From an uncultured Methanomassiliicoccales archaeon (GTDB lineage Archaea; Thermoplasmatota; Thermoplasmata; Methanomassiliicoccales; UBA472): a DNA stretch of 64,000 nucleotides. The stretch's first letter is position 1, and each line of letters starts with the position of its first letter. The translations under genes and the position numbers were made by a program. Location of the stretch: contig OY968769.1 in NCBI GenBank assembly GCA_963695345.1, forward strand, positions 64,001-128,000. Reading direction: 5' to 3'. Below the pieces are notes generated by a model, which did not search any database, was not told the DNA's origin, and saw only the letters and a list, made by a program, of their open reading frames with translations. This document shows, one piece after another, positions 1 through 11,301 of this stretch.

Positions 1-1722
1 CCGGTATCAGCCCGCCTTCCTGCTCCATTACGGTAAAGGGGTCCGCTAGCTCGAACGCCGCCGGGATCAACAGGGCGATGTAGTCATAGAGGGCGTTCAG
101 CAGGGCGCTGAAGATCCCGATCTGACCTATCATGTCCATCAACCATTCTCCAATGTCGTCGGGAATGTCCAGGATGACCCGGATTATGTTCTCGATCCCT
201 CCCAGTATGCCGTCTATCAGGTCTATCGCCCATCCCGGGGCACCGAGCGAGCTGAGGAGGTTGTCGATGGCCCCCTGGACGAGGTTCTTGAACAGGTCCC
301 CAACGGTGTCCGCGATGTCTATTATGTCAAGGTCCAGCGGCAGAGTCGGCACCACCACGATCTGCCATCGGTTGTGCGTGCCAGAGCCGACTCCGTAGAA
401 CGATCTCATCCGGGCACTGACCGTGACCTCGGATGTGATCAGCCCGCTCAGGTCGATCGGTACGCTGATGTCTGGATCGCCGGTGAAGAAACAGAAACTG
501 GGCAGGGTAACGCATTCCCCGCAACCGACAAGGGGGACGTCGCAGGAAGGGTACGGCGGCAGCACGCAAACCTGCCCGCCTCCGACGCACTGCTTCGGGA
601 TGTCGATCCCTATGTCGAGCCTCAGCTTGTCCCACTTGAGGTCCAGCTCCTTGATTATGATGGAACCGTCGTCGCGCATCTCCAAGGAACCTCCCTCGAG
701 ATGGGCGGCCACGTTGTAGCTGGCGGTGAAGGGTCCGAAGCTCCCGGTGCCGGTCTTCTGGAAATGGAACCCCTTGACGATGGCGGTGAATATCTTCCCG
801 AAGGCATCCGCCGAAACAGCGGCCGTCAGGTCGAACGTCCCGCTCCTGGTCCTCGGGCGGGTCGTCCGCGTCACCGTGCCGCCGCCGGAACCGGAGGATC
901 CTCCCCACCGGACGAGGGCGGCGGCAGGTTGAGCGTGACACTGTCCAGGTTGATGAACGCCTTGAACTGGTTCTCCTCCACGGCCGGGTTGTGCGGGACG
1001 GCCGTCGACCCGGACAGCGTCAGGCTGCCCAATCCCTCGGGAAGGCTGATGGCGTGGAACGCCACCGCCGATATGGCCTCGGCGGCCTTCGGCAGGATGC
1101 CTCTGTTCATGACCAGGAGCGCATAGCACTCGATCGCCTCCTCCAGGCCATCCGGCTTCAGTTCAGGTATCTCGATCCCGGACACGTTCATGGAGATGGA
1201 TTGGTTCCCTGGCTGGCCCACGATGCTGAGCGAACCGGTGGCGAAAAGGCCGAGGCAGAAGCAGGTTATGTCCGTTCTCTTGTCGCCCCTGACCGGGCGA
1301 AGGGGGGTGGGCCAAAGACGCGTCCTGGGTTGACAGATCAATCCCGCGCACACCTCGAAATGGACCGCGAAATTCTGGTCGGCGAGGGGAGGGTTCAGCT
1401 CTGGAGGGAGGCTGATGACATTTCCGGGAAAAAAGTCGACCGCGCCTTTCGTCAGCTGGACGATGTAGTCGAGGGTTATCGCCGGGATGGCCGGGGTCAT
1501 GAGAACCGGCAGCGGGTCCATCTCGGTCATCAGCGGGTTACCCGCCCGCAGGACGGCCGGAACCGCCGGGATCGCTCGGCAGATGGGCAGTGGATTCGTT
1601 GCCGGTTGGATCGACCCATAGTTGAAGAGGGAAGGCCTCTGCAGCATGACATGACGGAGGATGCGGTTGATGCAAGCATCCTGGACGGCAACATAGAAAT
1701 CGGAGAACTGGGTGAACGTCAC
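1..1722 (-). CDS. Hypothetical protein (>570 aa, runs off the window), split by apparent frameshifts near 905 and 410
   Basis: ORF 871..1722 continues in other frames through a GSSGSGGG linker, a Cys-rich segment (KQCVGGGQVCVLPPYPSCDVPLVGCGEC) and an amphipathic helical C-terminal part down to base 1; codon style is coding-like throughout. Confidence 0.65.
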
Positions 1723-2109
1723 GGCCGATCACCAGACTTGAGGTGTGAAGACGATGTTCTGTTCATGTTCGGTCCCCATTTTGAACGATACGGTCTGGTC
1801 CGACCGCGAAATATAAAGAACATCGTCGCCACGATAGCGGGAAACCAGGGTCATGAGCAATCTGGGCCATGTCCAGACAGGAACCCGATCCTGATTCTTT
1901 GTCCAGGACGTCGGACCTCCTGCTTTCCCCATTGAGCATTCTTCAGCCGATCTTTGCTCGATGGGCGCTGCTTTTCCTTCCTAGGTCTCTTCCGAAAAAA
2001 TGGTCAAAGCCCGGCCATCCCTGCCAACGACCCGCTAAGCTGATGCATGACGATCATGAAAGGAAACGACCTAAGGTCCGCTAGTCATGCTGGACCCACC
2101 GTCCTTTCC

Positions 2110-3117
2110 TCATTTCCCCAGCGCGATCTCTTCCCATCCGACGGTGGAGGCGGGTTTGCATCCGGTTATGTTCTCGGTGTTCAGATCGAACAGGGTCGAC
2201 GTCTCATCGCCGTCGGTGACCTTGAAGACGTTAGTTCCATCCACCTCTCCGATCACCGAACCGGTAATGCCAACCGTGCTGAACTGATCGACTACCTGTT
2301 GGGAATTCCTCGGATCGCAGGTGACCACGAACCCTGCCCCCTGGTAGGACTTGAGCCACTGGGAGAGATCGATCCCCTTGGGTATCGGGATCCTGTTGAT
2401 GTCCACCAACGCCCCCTTCCCGCTGGTCTCCAGCAACATTCCCAGCGTACCAAGGGATCCTGGGTTGCTGATGTCCTTTCCGGAGCGGAGCAGCTTCTTC
2501 TTGGCGATCTTGTTCATTATCATAATCTGCTGCCGGGCTATGGTCGAATCCTTCTTCGAAGTGGTATCCCAGGCGTAGGTCAGTCCCTCGGGATAGAACC
2601 CGTCCAGGTCCATCGCCATGATGATGTCGTCCCCGGACTGGGCGGTGTGGGAGTAGATGACCTCATCGAGCTTGGCGGTACCGATGATCGCCACATCGAT
2701 GGCGTTGTAGGTGCAGTCCGGATGGGTATGCCCGCCGACGATCGGCACACCGAACTTCTTGACGGCGGTCTCCATGCCGCGCATGACGTTCGCGCAGACC
2801 TTCTCTTCCTTGATCGATAGAACGTCGAGCATGGCCAACGGGACCCCGCCCATCGCGGAGATGTCGTTGAGGTTGACGAGAACGGCGTAGTAGCCGGCAA
2901 AGAACGGATTGGCCTTCATCAGCGGCTGCATGATGCCGTCCGCCGCGAGAAGCATCGCCTCTCCGTTGTGCTCCATCACCGCCGCATCCTCACCGTAGGA
3001 CGCGAGCACCTTTGACGACGAGACCTTGGGGAAGAAGTTGATAACACTTGAGATTGCTTTCTTCCTAGTGATTCCTGGGTACGCCTTAATATCGGACACC
3101 AGGTCGTTAAGAGTCAT
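2110..3117 (-). CDS. Methanogenesis marker 2 protein (AIR synthase/PurM-like family)
   Basis: GEDAA, LLAADG, VNLNDISAMGG, VGGHT and KDISNPG motifs; likely start MTLNDLV at 3117. Confidence 0.85.
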   Translation of the reverse strand: MTLNDLVSDIKAYPGITRKKAISSVINFFPKVSSSKVLASYGEDAAVMEHNGEAMLLAADGIMQPLMKANPFFAGYYAVLVNLNDISAMGGVPLAMLDVLSIKEEKVCANVMRGMETAVKKFGVPIVGGHTHPDCTYNAIDVAIIGTAKLDEVIYSHTAQSGDDIIMAMDLDGFYPEGLTYAWDTTSKKDSTIARQQIMIMNKIAKKKLLRSGKDISNPGSLGTLGMLLETSGKGALVDINRIPIPKGIDLSQWLKSYQGAGFVVTCDPRNSQQVVDQFSTVGITGSVIGEVDGTNVFKVTDGDETSTLFDLNTENITGCKPASTVGWEEIALGK

Positions 3118-3556
3118 GGTATGGTGTATCGTGGAAGCGATTATAACCTTTATCACGCCGCGGTTGACTGGCATGACAAAAAGGGACACGCCTCAAGAAC
3201 GTCCTAGAACAGCTCGATTCATTTAGAGAAATGGTCGATGCCTCGATTGGCTCCATCTGTTTCGGTCAATTTCGAAAAGGATGATGAACATTTTTTTTTC
3301 CGAAATTTTCTAGTCAGAACAAGAATAACAAAACATATAACAGCAATTATTAGGAAATCCACCGAGTAACTTAGGACAGCGGTCATGCCATCTCCAGCAT
3401 TCTTGTATTTCTATGTTCATTTTTATAGTCTGCTGTGAAAAAGTCCTTTGAACCAAATCTGAGATCCTCCTCGCAATAAGTTATCATCCACATTCTTCTC
3501 ACTTGATCGATACATGGACATGTCTGCATTATGACCTATTCCTTCCAGCCCGGGTC

Positions 3557-4135
3557 TCAGACCAGTTTCGTCTGCTTCGTCTCCCTGACCAGATAGGATA
3601 TGTCCAATTGGTTTGCGACGATCGTCTCGAGCAGGGTTTGATAGTCGGCGCCGAGGTCGCTCGCTTCCGGCACATAGGCCCGGCTGCTGTCCGGGATCTT
3701 GAAACCGGATCGGACCAGGACCTTCTTTGCCTCCTGACGCTCCTCCTGAGTCGCCTGCCTTCCCCGCGGTTCGCCGGATATTCCCGCCCTGATCAGTTCC
3801 TCGGCGAAGATCGGGCGCTTGAAAAGTCGCCACATAGCGTAGAGGCTGAGCTCTTCGGCCCTCCGCCCCTCGGCGAGGTCGTGGGCCGCTTCATTTATGA
3901 CGTCATAGATATCTTTCTGACGTCCCTTCACCGGCACATATATCTTGGCTGGAGGGACGTCCTTTTCCTTGAGGACGTGTTGATCGGTCAGCGCGCGGAG
4001 ATAACCGGTAAGTATCAATCTATGAAGATCGTAACCGTTTTTCTCCAGTTCCCTTGACAGAGAACTGATGGAACGACCCTCATCTGTCAGGAGTTCGAGG
4101 ATAATGAACTTCAAATCACGTTCTGGATGGAACAT
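3557..4135 (-). CDS. Winged-helix-like DNA-binding protein, divergent from nrdD
   Basis: N-terminal pattern IILELL..GRSISSLSRELEKNGYDLHRLILTGYLRAL resembles a wHTH; clean 192 aa ORF. Confidence 0.6.
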   Translation of the reverse strand: MFHPERDLKFIILELLTDEGRSISSLSRELEKNGYDLHRLILTGYLRALTDQHVLKEKDVPPAKIYVPVKGRQKDIYDVINEAAHDLAEGRRAEELSLYAMWRLFKRPIFAEELIRAGISGEPRGRQATQEERQEAKKVLVRSGFKIPDSSRAYVPEASDLGADYQTLLETIVANQLDISYLVRETKQTKLV

Positions 4136-4136
4136 G

Positions 4137-4201
4137 TGGTAACAAACCTGGTAACAGACCTGGTAAATAATAAAGCTTTCTTAACGGGGCTTTATTTACC
4201 A
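4137..4201. promoter_or_regulatory. 12-bp tandem repeats TGGTAACARACC plus an inverted copy around the promoter of the wHTH gene
   Basis: TGGTAACAAACC-TGGTAACAGACC-TGGTAAATAATAAAGC at 4137-4176; GCTTTATTTACCA at 4189-4201. Confidence 0.5.
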
Positions 4202-4374
4202 CACCGAGTTCAAAAATGCCTTTAAACCCCACAACGCCAATGTCAGAGGCCTGTAAAACAGAACAGCATTTGGGACACACGTTCTCGGGGAGTTGGGTGT
4301 GCCCTTCTTAAAGGTGAAACTCATGAAATCAATAGAGAACTCACGCGATCTTAGGGGAACAGAACCAGGCGTAA

Positions 4375-6446
4375 TCTGGTCGGACGAGAAGGAATCGACT
4401 GAGCTGTCGCTCTTCGTGCGCACTTCTGATGAAGAGATCAAGGAAATGGGACAAGCAGCGCATATTCGACGCACTGATGAGGGAGACGACCATCAGCGAG
4501 GATGCCGCCGCCATCGTCGCACGCGAGGTCGAGAAGATGATCTCCGAGCTGGAGCTCGATGTTATCACGGCACCGCTCATCCGCGAACTGACGAACGCCA
4601 AGCTGGTCGAGTACGGTCTGGCAAAGATCCGCAGGCAGCACACCCGGTTGGGCGTCCCGCTGTATGATGCACGTCAGATCATCATGAACCCGAACAAGGA
4701 GAACGCCAACGTCCCGCACGGACCGGAGGCCACGAACCTCACGCTCGCCGAGAGGATCAAGAAGGAGTTCGCTCTGCTCGAAGTGTTCTCGCAGGACCTG
4801 GCCGATGCGCATATGCGCGGCGACATCCACCTTCACGACCTCGGCATGGTCGACCGCCCGTACTGCAGCGGCCAATCGATCGAGTACGTGAAGAAGTTCG
4901 GTCTGAACCTGCCCAACGCCATCTCCATCGCCAAACCGGCAAAGCACCCGGAGGTGCTCATCGAGCAGGTGGTCAAGTTCTCCGCGGCACTGCAGGGCAA
5001 CTTCGCCGGAGCCATCGGCTGGGACGCGTTCAACCTGTTCCTCGCGCCTTACCTCGTCGGCTGCGACGACCGCAGGATGAAGCAGCTCGCACAGATATTG
5101 ATCTACGAGTTCGCACAGCAGGCGGTGGCCCGCGGCGGACAGTCGATCTTCTCCGACCTCAACCTGTATTGGGAATGCCCGGACCATTTCATGGGCGTTC
5201 CGGCCATCGGCCCGAACGGCACCTTCACCGGCAAGAACTATGAGGACTACCTGCCTGAATCGCAGCGCTTCATCAACGCGCTGTTCGACGTGTACCTCGA
5301 GGGGGACGCCCTCGGAAGGCCGTTCTTCTTCCCCAAGCCGAACGTGCACATGACCGAGAAGTTCTTCAAGACCGAGGGTCACGAGGAGTTCCTGAACCAC
5401 ATCTCCAACGTCGCGACGGAGAAGGGCAACACCTACTTCGTGTTCGACCGGGGCAACACCGCCAAGATATCCGAGTGCTGCCGTCTGACGTTCAAGCTGG
5501 ACAAGAGCGACCTGGATGACGCCAAGACCCCGTGGAAGATGAGGTACTCGGCGATGCAGAACGTCACCATCAACCTGCCGCGGGTCGCCTACGAGGCGCA
5601 CCAGGACGATGCCAGAAGCTGTTCGAGCTGCTCAGGGAGAAGATCGAGCTGGTCGCCCAGGCCCACGTGCAGAAGAGGGACTTCATCAAGCAGCTGCTCG
5701 ACATGGGCAAGCACTCGACCCTGGCGCTGCTGACCATGAACCTGGACGGCGAGCCGTACTACCGGTTCAACAAGGCCTCGTTCCTGATCGGCATGGTCGG
5801 CCTGAACGAACTGGTCCAGTACCACACCGGTCAGCAGATGCACGAGTCGAAGGACGCGACCAAGTTCGGCCTCAAGGTCATCTCGACCATGAAGAAGTAT
5901 GCCGAGGAGATCGGCGAGAAGTACGGCATCCGCATGCCGCTGGAGCAGACCCCGGCCGAGTCGACCTCCTACCGCTTCGCCAAGCTGGACATGAAGTACT
6001 ACCCGCTGCAGGCCCCCACGGTGATCAGGGGGAACAAGTCGGTCGGCGAGATCTACTACACCAACTCGACCAACCTGAACGTCGGCGCTCCGATCAGTGC
6101 CATCGAGAGGACCAAGGCCGAGGGCCTGTTCCATCCTCTGATCGAGGCCGGTTCGATGACCCATGTCTGGCTCGGGGAGCACAAGCCTCCAGCAGAGTCC
6201 ATCGCCGCCTTCGTCAAGAAGACGTTCGAGAACACCCAGAACTCGCAGATATCGTTCAGCCCGGAGTTCACCGCCTGCCTGAACTGCGGCAAGACCACCC
6301 GCGGACTGAGGTCGACCTGCCCCTTCTGCGCATCTCCGGACGTCGAGGGCATCACCCGTGTCACCGGGTTCTTCTCCAAGACCACCAGCTGGAACAAGGG
6401 GAAGCTCGGGGAGCTTAAGGACCGGCTGAGGAACAACATCTCCTAA
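4375..6446 (+). CDS. nrdD: Anaerobic (class III) ribonucleoside-triphosphate reductase; apparent frameshifts near 4445 and 5612; start approximate
   Basis: N-terminal ATP cone, IHLHDL, PYC, EQTPAES, YYTNS, C-terminal CxxC..CxxC and RVTGF glycyl-radical loop. Confidence 0.92.
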
Positions 6447-6631
6447 ACCGGTCAGGATCCGCGGTCAAACGCCTTACCTTTCCTTCTTTTATCTTTATTG
6501 ATAATTATATATTGGCGAGCCAGTCAGTTTCCTCAGAACAATAATGATTATCTTTATTGGCGATTGTTTGCCAAAGAATAAATACTCACACGGGGCTCAA
6601 AAACTATCTCCACAAGGTAGGGATAACAAAA

Positions 6632-6922
6632 TTGACAAGAGTTCAGATCAGCGAACATGTATGGGTCAACATCAGCCGGCGCAACCTATGTGACAATTGT
6701 GTGGCCGATGTATGCTTGAAGAGGACCGGGGAGAACATCGAGCAGTGCGCACTTTTCAAGTCCGCGTACATCGCGTTCAAGAAATGCAATCACTGCGGAG
6801 AGATATACGAGCTGTTCTCGAGTTTCAAGTCCTTGGATTACGACATGTGCCCTGTCTGCAACGAGAAGATGAAGGACATACAGGTCGTCAATTCCGGTGA
6901 GCCGCTGAGCTCGCAATGCTGA
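6632..6922 (+). CDS. Small Cys-rich (zinc-finger-like) protein
   Basis: TTG start after a purine-rich RBS-like tract; CDNC-x4-C-x10-C followed by CNHC...CPVC. Confidence 0.65.
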   Translation: MTRVQISEHVWVNISRRNLCDNCVADVCLKRTGENIEQCALFKSAYIAFKKCNHCGEIYELFSSFKSLDYDMCPVCNEKMKDIQVVNSGEPLSSQC

Positions 6923-7104
6923 ATTTTTTCCCTCTTCTTATTACTTGATCAGTATCCTCATTTCCTGTTCGATAGTTTGATCCATCATTCCCATCAGCAA
7001 ACCCCAATGGATCATAATTGACTATCTCGCCCCCGCAGGCAAATTTTATATTGACACAATAATGTCTCATACAACCAACAGTGGGGAAGGTTGGGGGCAG
7101 GTCT

Positions 7105-8679
7105 ATGCGATGTAGGATTATTGGGGGAGCACTTTCTGCAATAGTAATGCTATCAGCGGTCGCCATGGTCACAGGCGACTATTCGACGTCTTCGGTTTCA
7201 GGGTTGAATGGTCAAGAGTTTCAATACAGATACATCGAAAATGGAACCGCTGTCGAGATATTCAACTGGTTGGGGCAGGGGACGGATTTCGTCGTACCGG
7301 ATCTGATTGACGGAAAACCGGTAACAAGTATCGGCATCTTCACTTTTCATGGGTCGCCCTATTTGATCAATGTAACGGTCCCTGATAGCGTGAAGAACAT
7401 CGGAGATTATGCATTCTCAGCTTGCCCATCTCTGAATAAGGTCGCCCTGGGCAGCGGAATCAAGCGGATAGGCGATCATTCTTTCATGGATTGTAAGGCC
7501 CTTTCCTCAATTACGATGCCGGAAGGTGTGACGAGAATCGGTAACGAATCTTTCAAGTCCTGCTCTAACCTAACGTCCATTTCAATCCCGGCAAATGTAA
7601 CGACGATCGGTGAATGTGCATTCACTCTGTGCACCAATCTGTCAGAGATCCTTGTCGAAAGCGGCAATACAAAATATGCCAGCATCGAGGGTGTCCTTTT
7701 CGACAAAGATATCACAACCCTTATTGCCTGCCCAGCATTGAAGAAAGGGAGCTATGAAGTTCCTGACGGTGTCATAAGGATTGAAATCAATGCATTTCAA
7801 CGCTGCGTAAACCTCAATTCCGTGGTTCTGCCCGAAGGGGTCATCGGTATAGGCAGCCACTCATTTTCGGATTGCTATGAATTGGCATCAATCAACATCC
7901 CGAGCACAATCGAAAGGATTGACGGCTACGCCTTCTCCGATTGCTGGTCACTTACTTCATTGGTCATTCCTGGAAACATATCTACGATTCAGTCAGGCAG
8001 CTTCTGGGGATGTACCGCTCTGACTTCGATTGACATTCCTGCAAGCGTTTACTTCATCTCAGATCGCGCATTCATGAATTGCACAAGTCTGAGAGCGGTC
8101 ACCATTCCCAGCGAAGTTATCGGCATAGACGCATTCGCGTTCACATCATGCACCGATCTCACTACAATTACATTCAAAGGGGACGCTCCTTACACCAAAA
8201 TATTCTGGACTTCTCTCACAGACAACAATCTAGTTGTTTACTACCAACCAGGAGCAAAGGGTTTCTCGACCCCTATGTGGAATGGATTGCCAACCTTTCC
8301 GACCACGGTATCGAATACCACCCAGATCTGTTCTGTAACTACTGGCGATGGTCAGGCCACGCTATCTTGGGCAACACCGAGGAACGTTGGTGACAGCCAG
8401 ATCGATCATTATACTATCTTTATGGATACAAATCCTATCAGACAGACCAACGAAACCACGACCACTGTGTATGGGCTGACGAACGGACAGACCTATTCTT
8501 TCAAGATTGTCGCCCACGGTTTCGATGGCTACGAAACAACAGCGGAGGTTTCAGTCACTCCTATCAGAAATGAGGCAGGGACCTGGTTGACCGTTCTGGT
8601 ATTGTTCGACGCCGCAATTGCCGCCATGATAATCTCATATCTACTGGTCAAGAGGATGCGTCAAGAGAGAAACCAGTGA
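7105..8679 (+). CDS. BspA-type leucine-rich-repeat surface protein with an Fn3 domain and C-terminal membrane anchor
   Basis: Signal peptide, repeated IPxSVxxIGxxAFxxCxxL units, Fn3 signature (GLTNGQTYSFKIVA), TM helix plus basic tail. Confidence 0.88.
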   Translation: MRCRIIGGALSAIVMLSAVAMVTGDYSTSSVSGLNGQEFQYRYIENGTAVEIFNWLGQGTDFVVPDLIDGKPVTSIGIFTFHGSPYLINVTVPDSVKNIGDYAFSACPSLNKVALGSGIKRIGDHSFMDCKALSSITMPEGVTRIGNESFKSCSNLTSISIPANVTTIGECAFTLCTNLSEILVESGNTKYASIEGVLFDKDITTLIACPALKKGSYEVPDGVIRIEINAFQRCVNLNSVVLPEGVIGIGSHSFSDCYELASINIPSTIERIDGYAFSDCWSLTSLVIPGNISTIQSGSFWGCTALTSIDIPASVYFISDRAFMNCTSLRAVTIPSEVIGIDAFAFTSCTDLTTITFKGDAPYTKIFWTSLTDNNLVVYYQPGAKGFSTPMWNGLPTFPTTVSNTTQICSVTTGDGQATLSWATPRNVGDSQIDHYTIFMDTNPIRQTNETTTTVYGLTNGQTYSFKIVAHGFDGYETTAEVSVTPIRNEAGTWLTVLVLFDAAIAAMIISYLLVKRMRQERNQ

Positions 8680-8838
8680 CCAAACATTCCATATCGGAAG
8701 TAAGATTGGTTCCGCCAAGTCCCTTGCCGGAATGGCCGTACAAATCCTATACCAAAGATGTCACAATTCGAGCGGAAGAAGAAGAAAGACGGGATTGCTC
8801 CCGCTATTCAACCCCCCCCTATGCTATCGAGAATCGTC

Positions 8839-10446
8839 TCAAGCGTTCAATCGCGGCCCGATGAACTGGTAGACGATCAGGAACAGCACGAACAGGGCCA
8901 AGGCGATGGTTATCCTCGAGACGTACCTGGCCCTCTGCTCCTCGGTGGCGTTCTTCCTTATCTTCTGGACGAAAGCGTCCAGCCCGTCCTTGAACAGGAA
9001 CCCTCCGTCCAGCGGGACCGCCGGCAAAACGTTCGTCATGCCGACCATCAGGTTGATCCAGAACACCCAATAGAGGATGTTGGCGGTGATCCAGAACGCG
9101 TCCGCACCGAACGGAGCGACCAGGCCGGTCGGGTGGAACAGCTCGGTGACCGGGGACTGGACCGGTGCCAGCCCTACGAACGGGAGCGATATGAAGCGCA
9201 GGGTGTCGGTGATGAAGTCCCCCGGGCTCTGCATGTTCGCGTACGGCGAAGCAAGGCGCTGGGAGAGGACTTGGATATTGACCACGCCGGCGCCGAGGTA
9301 GGCGCTGTTGATGCCCATGAACCCATAGTCCGCGAATCCGGATGGGACCGACACGCCGGACGAACGCAGATACTCCGCCCGGCTGAGCAGAGTAACATTG
9401 TTGATGCTGCTGACGTTCTCGTAGGCCTGGGTGTCAGCGTGGTAGGACATCACCGTGATATTGACGGTCTGGCCTCCCTGGGTGTTGCGCAGGGCGACCC
9501 GGAGATCGTTCTCGTTGCGGACCGAGGTGTCGTTCAACGAGGAGATCAGCATGCCGGATTGTATGCCGACCAGGTTGGCCGGGTATCCCTTGGTCACGCT
9601 GGTGACCTGGACGCCCGAGACCAGGGAAGCGTTGTATTGGGTGCTCTTGTAGTAGTACGACAGACTTACCACGGAACCGGCATTGGGAGCGGTGGCGTTC
9701 TGCCAGGAATAGATGTCAGTGACCGGGGCGCCGTTCACCGATACCACCTGTGCTCCGAACTGGAGGTCGCTCATGGAGGCGATGCTGTTGTCGGCGACGG
9801 TCGCGACCACCGGCCCTTCCCGGACCGGCTCGACGGAGCTGAGCATGACCGACGAGAACAGGACGGCACAGATGACCGCCAGGATGATGTTGGTGCCCGG
9901 ACCGACCGCGTAGATGCTGGTGCGGCGCTTACGGTCCGACTTGGTGATGGCCTCCTCGTCCGGTTCCACGAACGCGCCGAGAGGGATGACCAGGAACACT
10001 ATGCCCAGCGATTTGATGTCCATCTTGCCGACGCGCGTCAGAATGCCGTGGGCGAACTCATGGACCACGACGGCGACGATCAGGCCGATGATGCCGTACC
10101 AGATGGGGATGATCGGGTTGAGGCCTGGTATGCCCAGTATCATCTCCGGCCCGGGTGCGGCGGACGCCGGTATCTTGGAGACCAGGGTCGCCTCCCAGAT
10201 CAGCAGCGCCATCATGAAGATGGCGACCGCCAGGCATATCCATTTGGCCGCCGCGGCGTAGAACAGCCAGAATCTCCTGAATTTGGAGAGCTTCTCGATG
10301 ACCTTCTTCCCGCCCTCGGTGCGCCACATCAGGAAGATCATCCCCTGAGTGAAGTGGTACTTGGCCAGTATGCCCCTCTTGTTCAGAAAGTAGATCAATG
10401 CGAAGTAGGCGATAACTACCAGCAAAACGATGACATATTCAATCAT
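8839..10446 (-). CDS. Site-2 (M50) intramembrane metalloprotease with PDZ-like domains
   Basis: HEFAHG and NVLPAVPLDGG motifs, GAFVEPD, two PDZ-like segments. Confidence 0.9.
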   Translation of the reverse strand: MIEYVIVLLVVIAYFALIYFLNKRGILAKYHFTQGMIFLMWRTEGGKKVIEKLSKFRRFWLFYAAAAKWICLAVAIFMMALLIWEATLVSKIPASAAPGPEMILGIPGLNPIIPIWYGIIGLIVAVVVHEFAHGILTRVGKMDIKSLGIVFLVIPLGAFVEPDEEAITKSDRKRRTSIYAVGPGTNIILAVICAVLFSSVMLSSVEPVREGPVVATVADNSIASMSDLQFGAQVVSVNGAPVTDIYSWQNATAPNAGSVVSLSYYYKSTQYNASLVSGVQVTSVTKGYPANLVGIQSGMLISSLNDTSVRNENDLRVALRNTQGGQTVNITVMSYHADTQAYENVSSINNVTLLSRAEYLRSSGVSVPSGFADYGFMGINSAYLGAGVVNIQVLSQRLASPYANMQSPGDFITDTLRFISLPFVGLAPVQSPVTELFHPTGLVAPFGADAFWITANILYWVFWINLMVGMTNVLPAVPLDGGFLFKDGLDAFVQKIRKNATEEQRARYVSRITIALALFVLFLIVYQFIGPRLNA

Positions 10447-10517
10447 CCAGGCCCTCTGCCAGCACTAACGACCACGTGCTATAAAAAATCTCGTGGTTTT
10501 ATTTTGGGCCACGTCAT

Positions 10518-10895
10518 TTATTTTCTGGTCCAGCAGTCCTCGGGAACGTCGTCATAGGTGGCGGCGGCATCGTCCTTGTTGCGCGATGCCGGGTCCTCCT
10601 TCATGGCCATCCTCATGATCTGGTCGGTCTTCAGGACCCAGTAGTGGATGCGCCAGAGCTTCCCCTTCTTTAAATGGACCTCTTCCTGCCAGGTGGTAAG
10701 GAAACCTTCCTCTTCCAGCATATAGAAGACGTCCCGGTCTTCCGAAGTAAGTCGGTTGTCGATGGTCTGGTCGGTGAATCCGAAAAAGCTCATCAAATAC
10801 TCTGCCAATTTGTTGATGTCACTTTCGGACATGCCTTTCTTGCCCAAGGTGTTACCCAGAGCTAGGCAGACTTCGCTCATGCTCACGACCGTCAA
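10518..10895 (-). CDS. Conserved Thermoplasmata protein (DUF6015-like)
   Basis: FFGF..IDN.L..EDR.VFYMLEEEG.L...WRIHYW pattern; TTG start with an RBS-like GGGGA. Confidence 0.65.
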   Translation of the reverse strand: MTVVSMSEVCLALGNTLGKKGMSESDINKLAEYLMSFFGFTDQTIDNRLTSEDRDVFYMLEEEGFLTTWQEEVHLKKGKLWRIHYWVLKTDQIMRMAMKEDPASRNKDDAAATYDDVPEDCWTRK

Positions 10896-10980
10896 TACGT
10901 TCCCCAGGCCTGATTGCGCTTCTGCAAAATAATACTTATGCAGGCTGGATGCGATTCTTGATAACACCCATCTAACGAAT

Positions 10981-11292
10981 CTAGGTTTTCTTCCATCTTC
11001 CGTCCCTGCCCCAGAGGGCTAGATACAGTAAGGCTTCGGCTATGACCATGGCGACCAGGATGATGATGGGGACCGAGACCGACAGCCCTGGTTCGACCAT
11101 CTGCCACACCTGCAGCAAGATGAAAGCGTCGACCATCAGGCAGCCGATGAAATACCAGTATCGGAGGTAGTCCCCCAGGAACCATCCCCTCCATCCCGGA
11201 TCGCGACGCATTACGACCGGCTTCAGACGATCCTCTGTCTCCTCGACCTCCGGAGGGGGGACCTTGACCGTGATCTTGCGCTTCGTCGCCAT
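10981..11292 (-). CDS. Small two-TM membrane protein
   Basis: 103 aa, two hydrophobic helices, co-oriented 10 bp after oppF. Confidence 0.65.
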   Translation of the reverse strand: MATKRKITVKVPPPEVEETEDRLKPVVMRRDPGWRGWFLGDYLRYWYFIGCLMVDAFILLQVWQMVEPGLSVSVPIIILVAMVIAEALLYLALWGRDGRWKKT

Positions 11293-11301
11293 CGTCGCGA
11301 T

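Noticed and set aside
8758-10557. Long antisense ORFs (also 4438-5601, 19369-20958, 27706-28974 and others)
   Set aside because: Shadow frames of high-GC3 genes on the opposite strand, with no recognisable motifs
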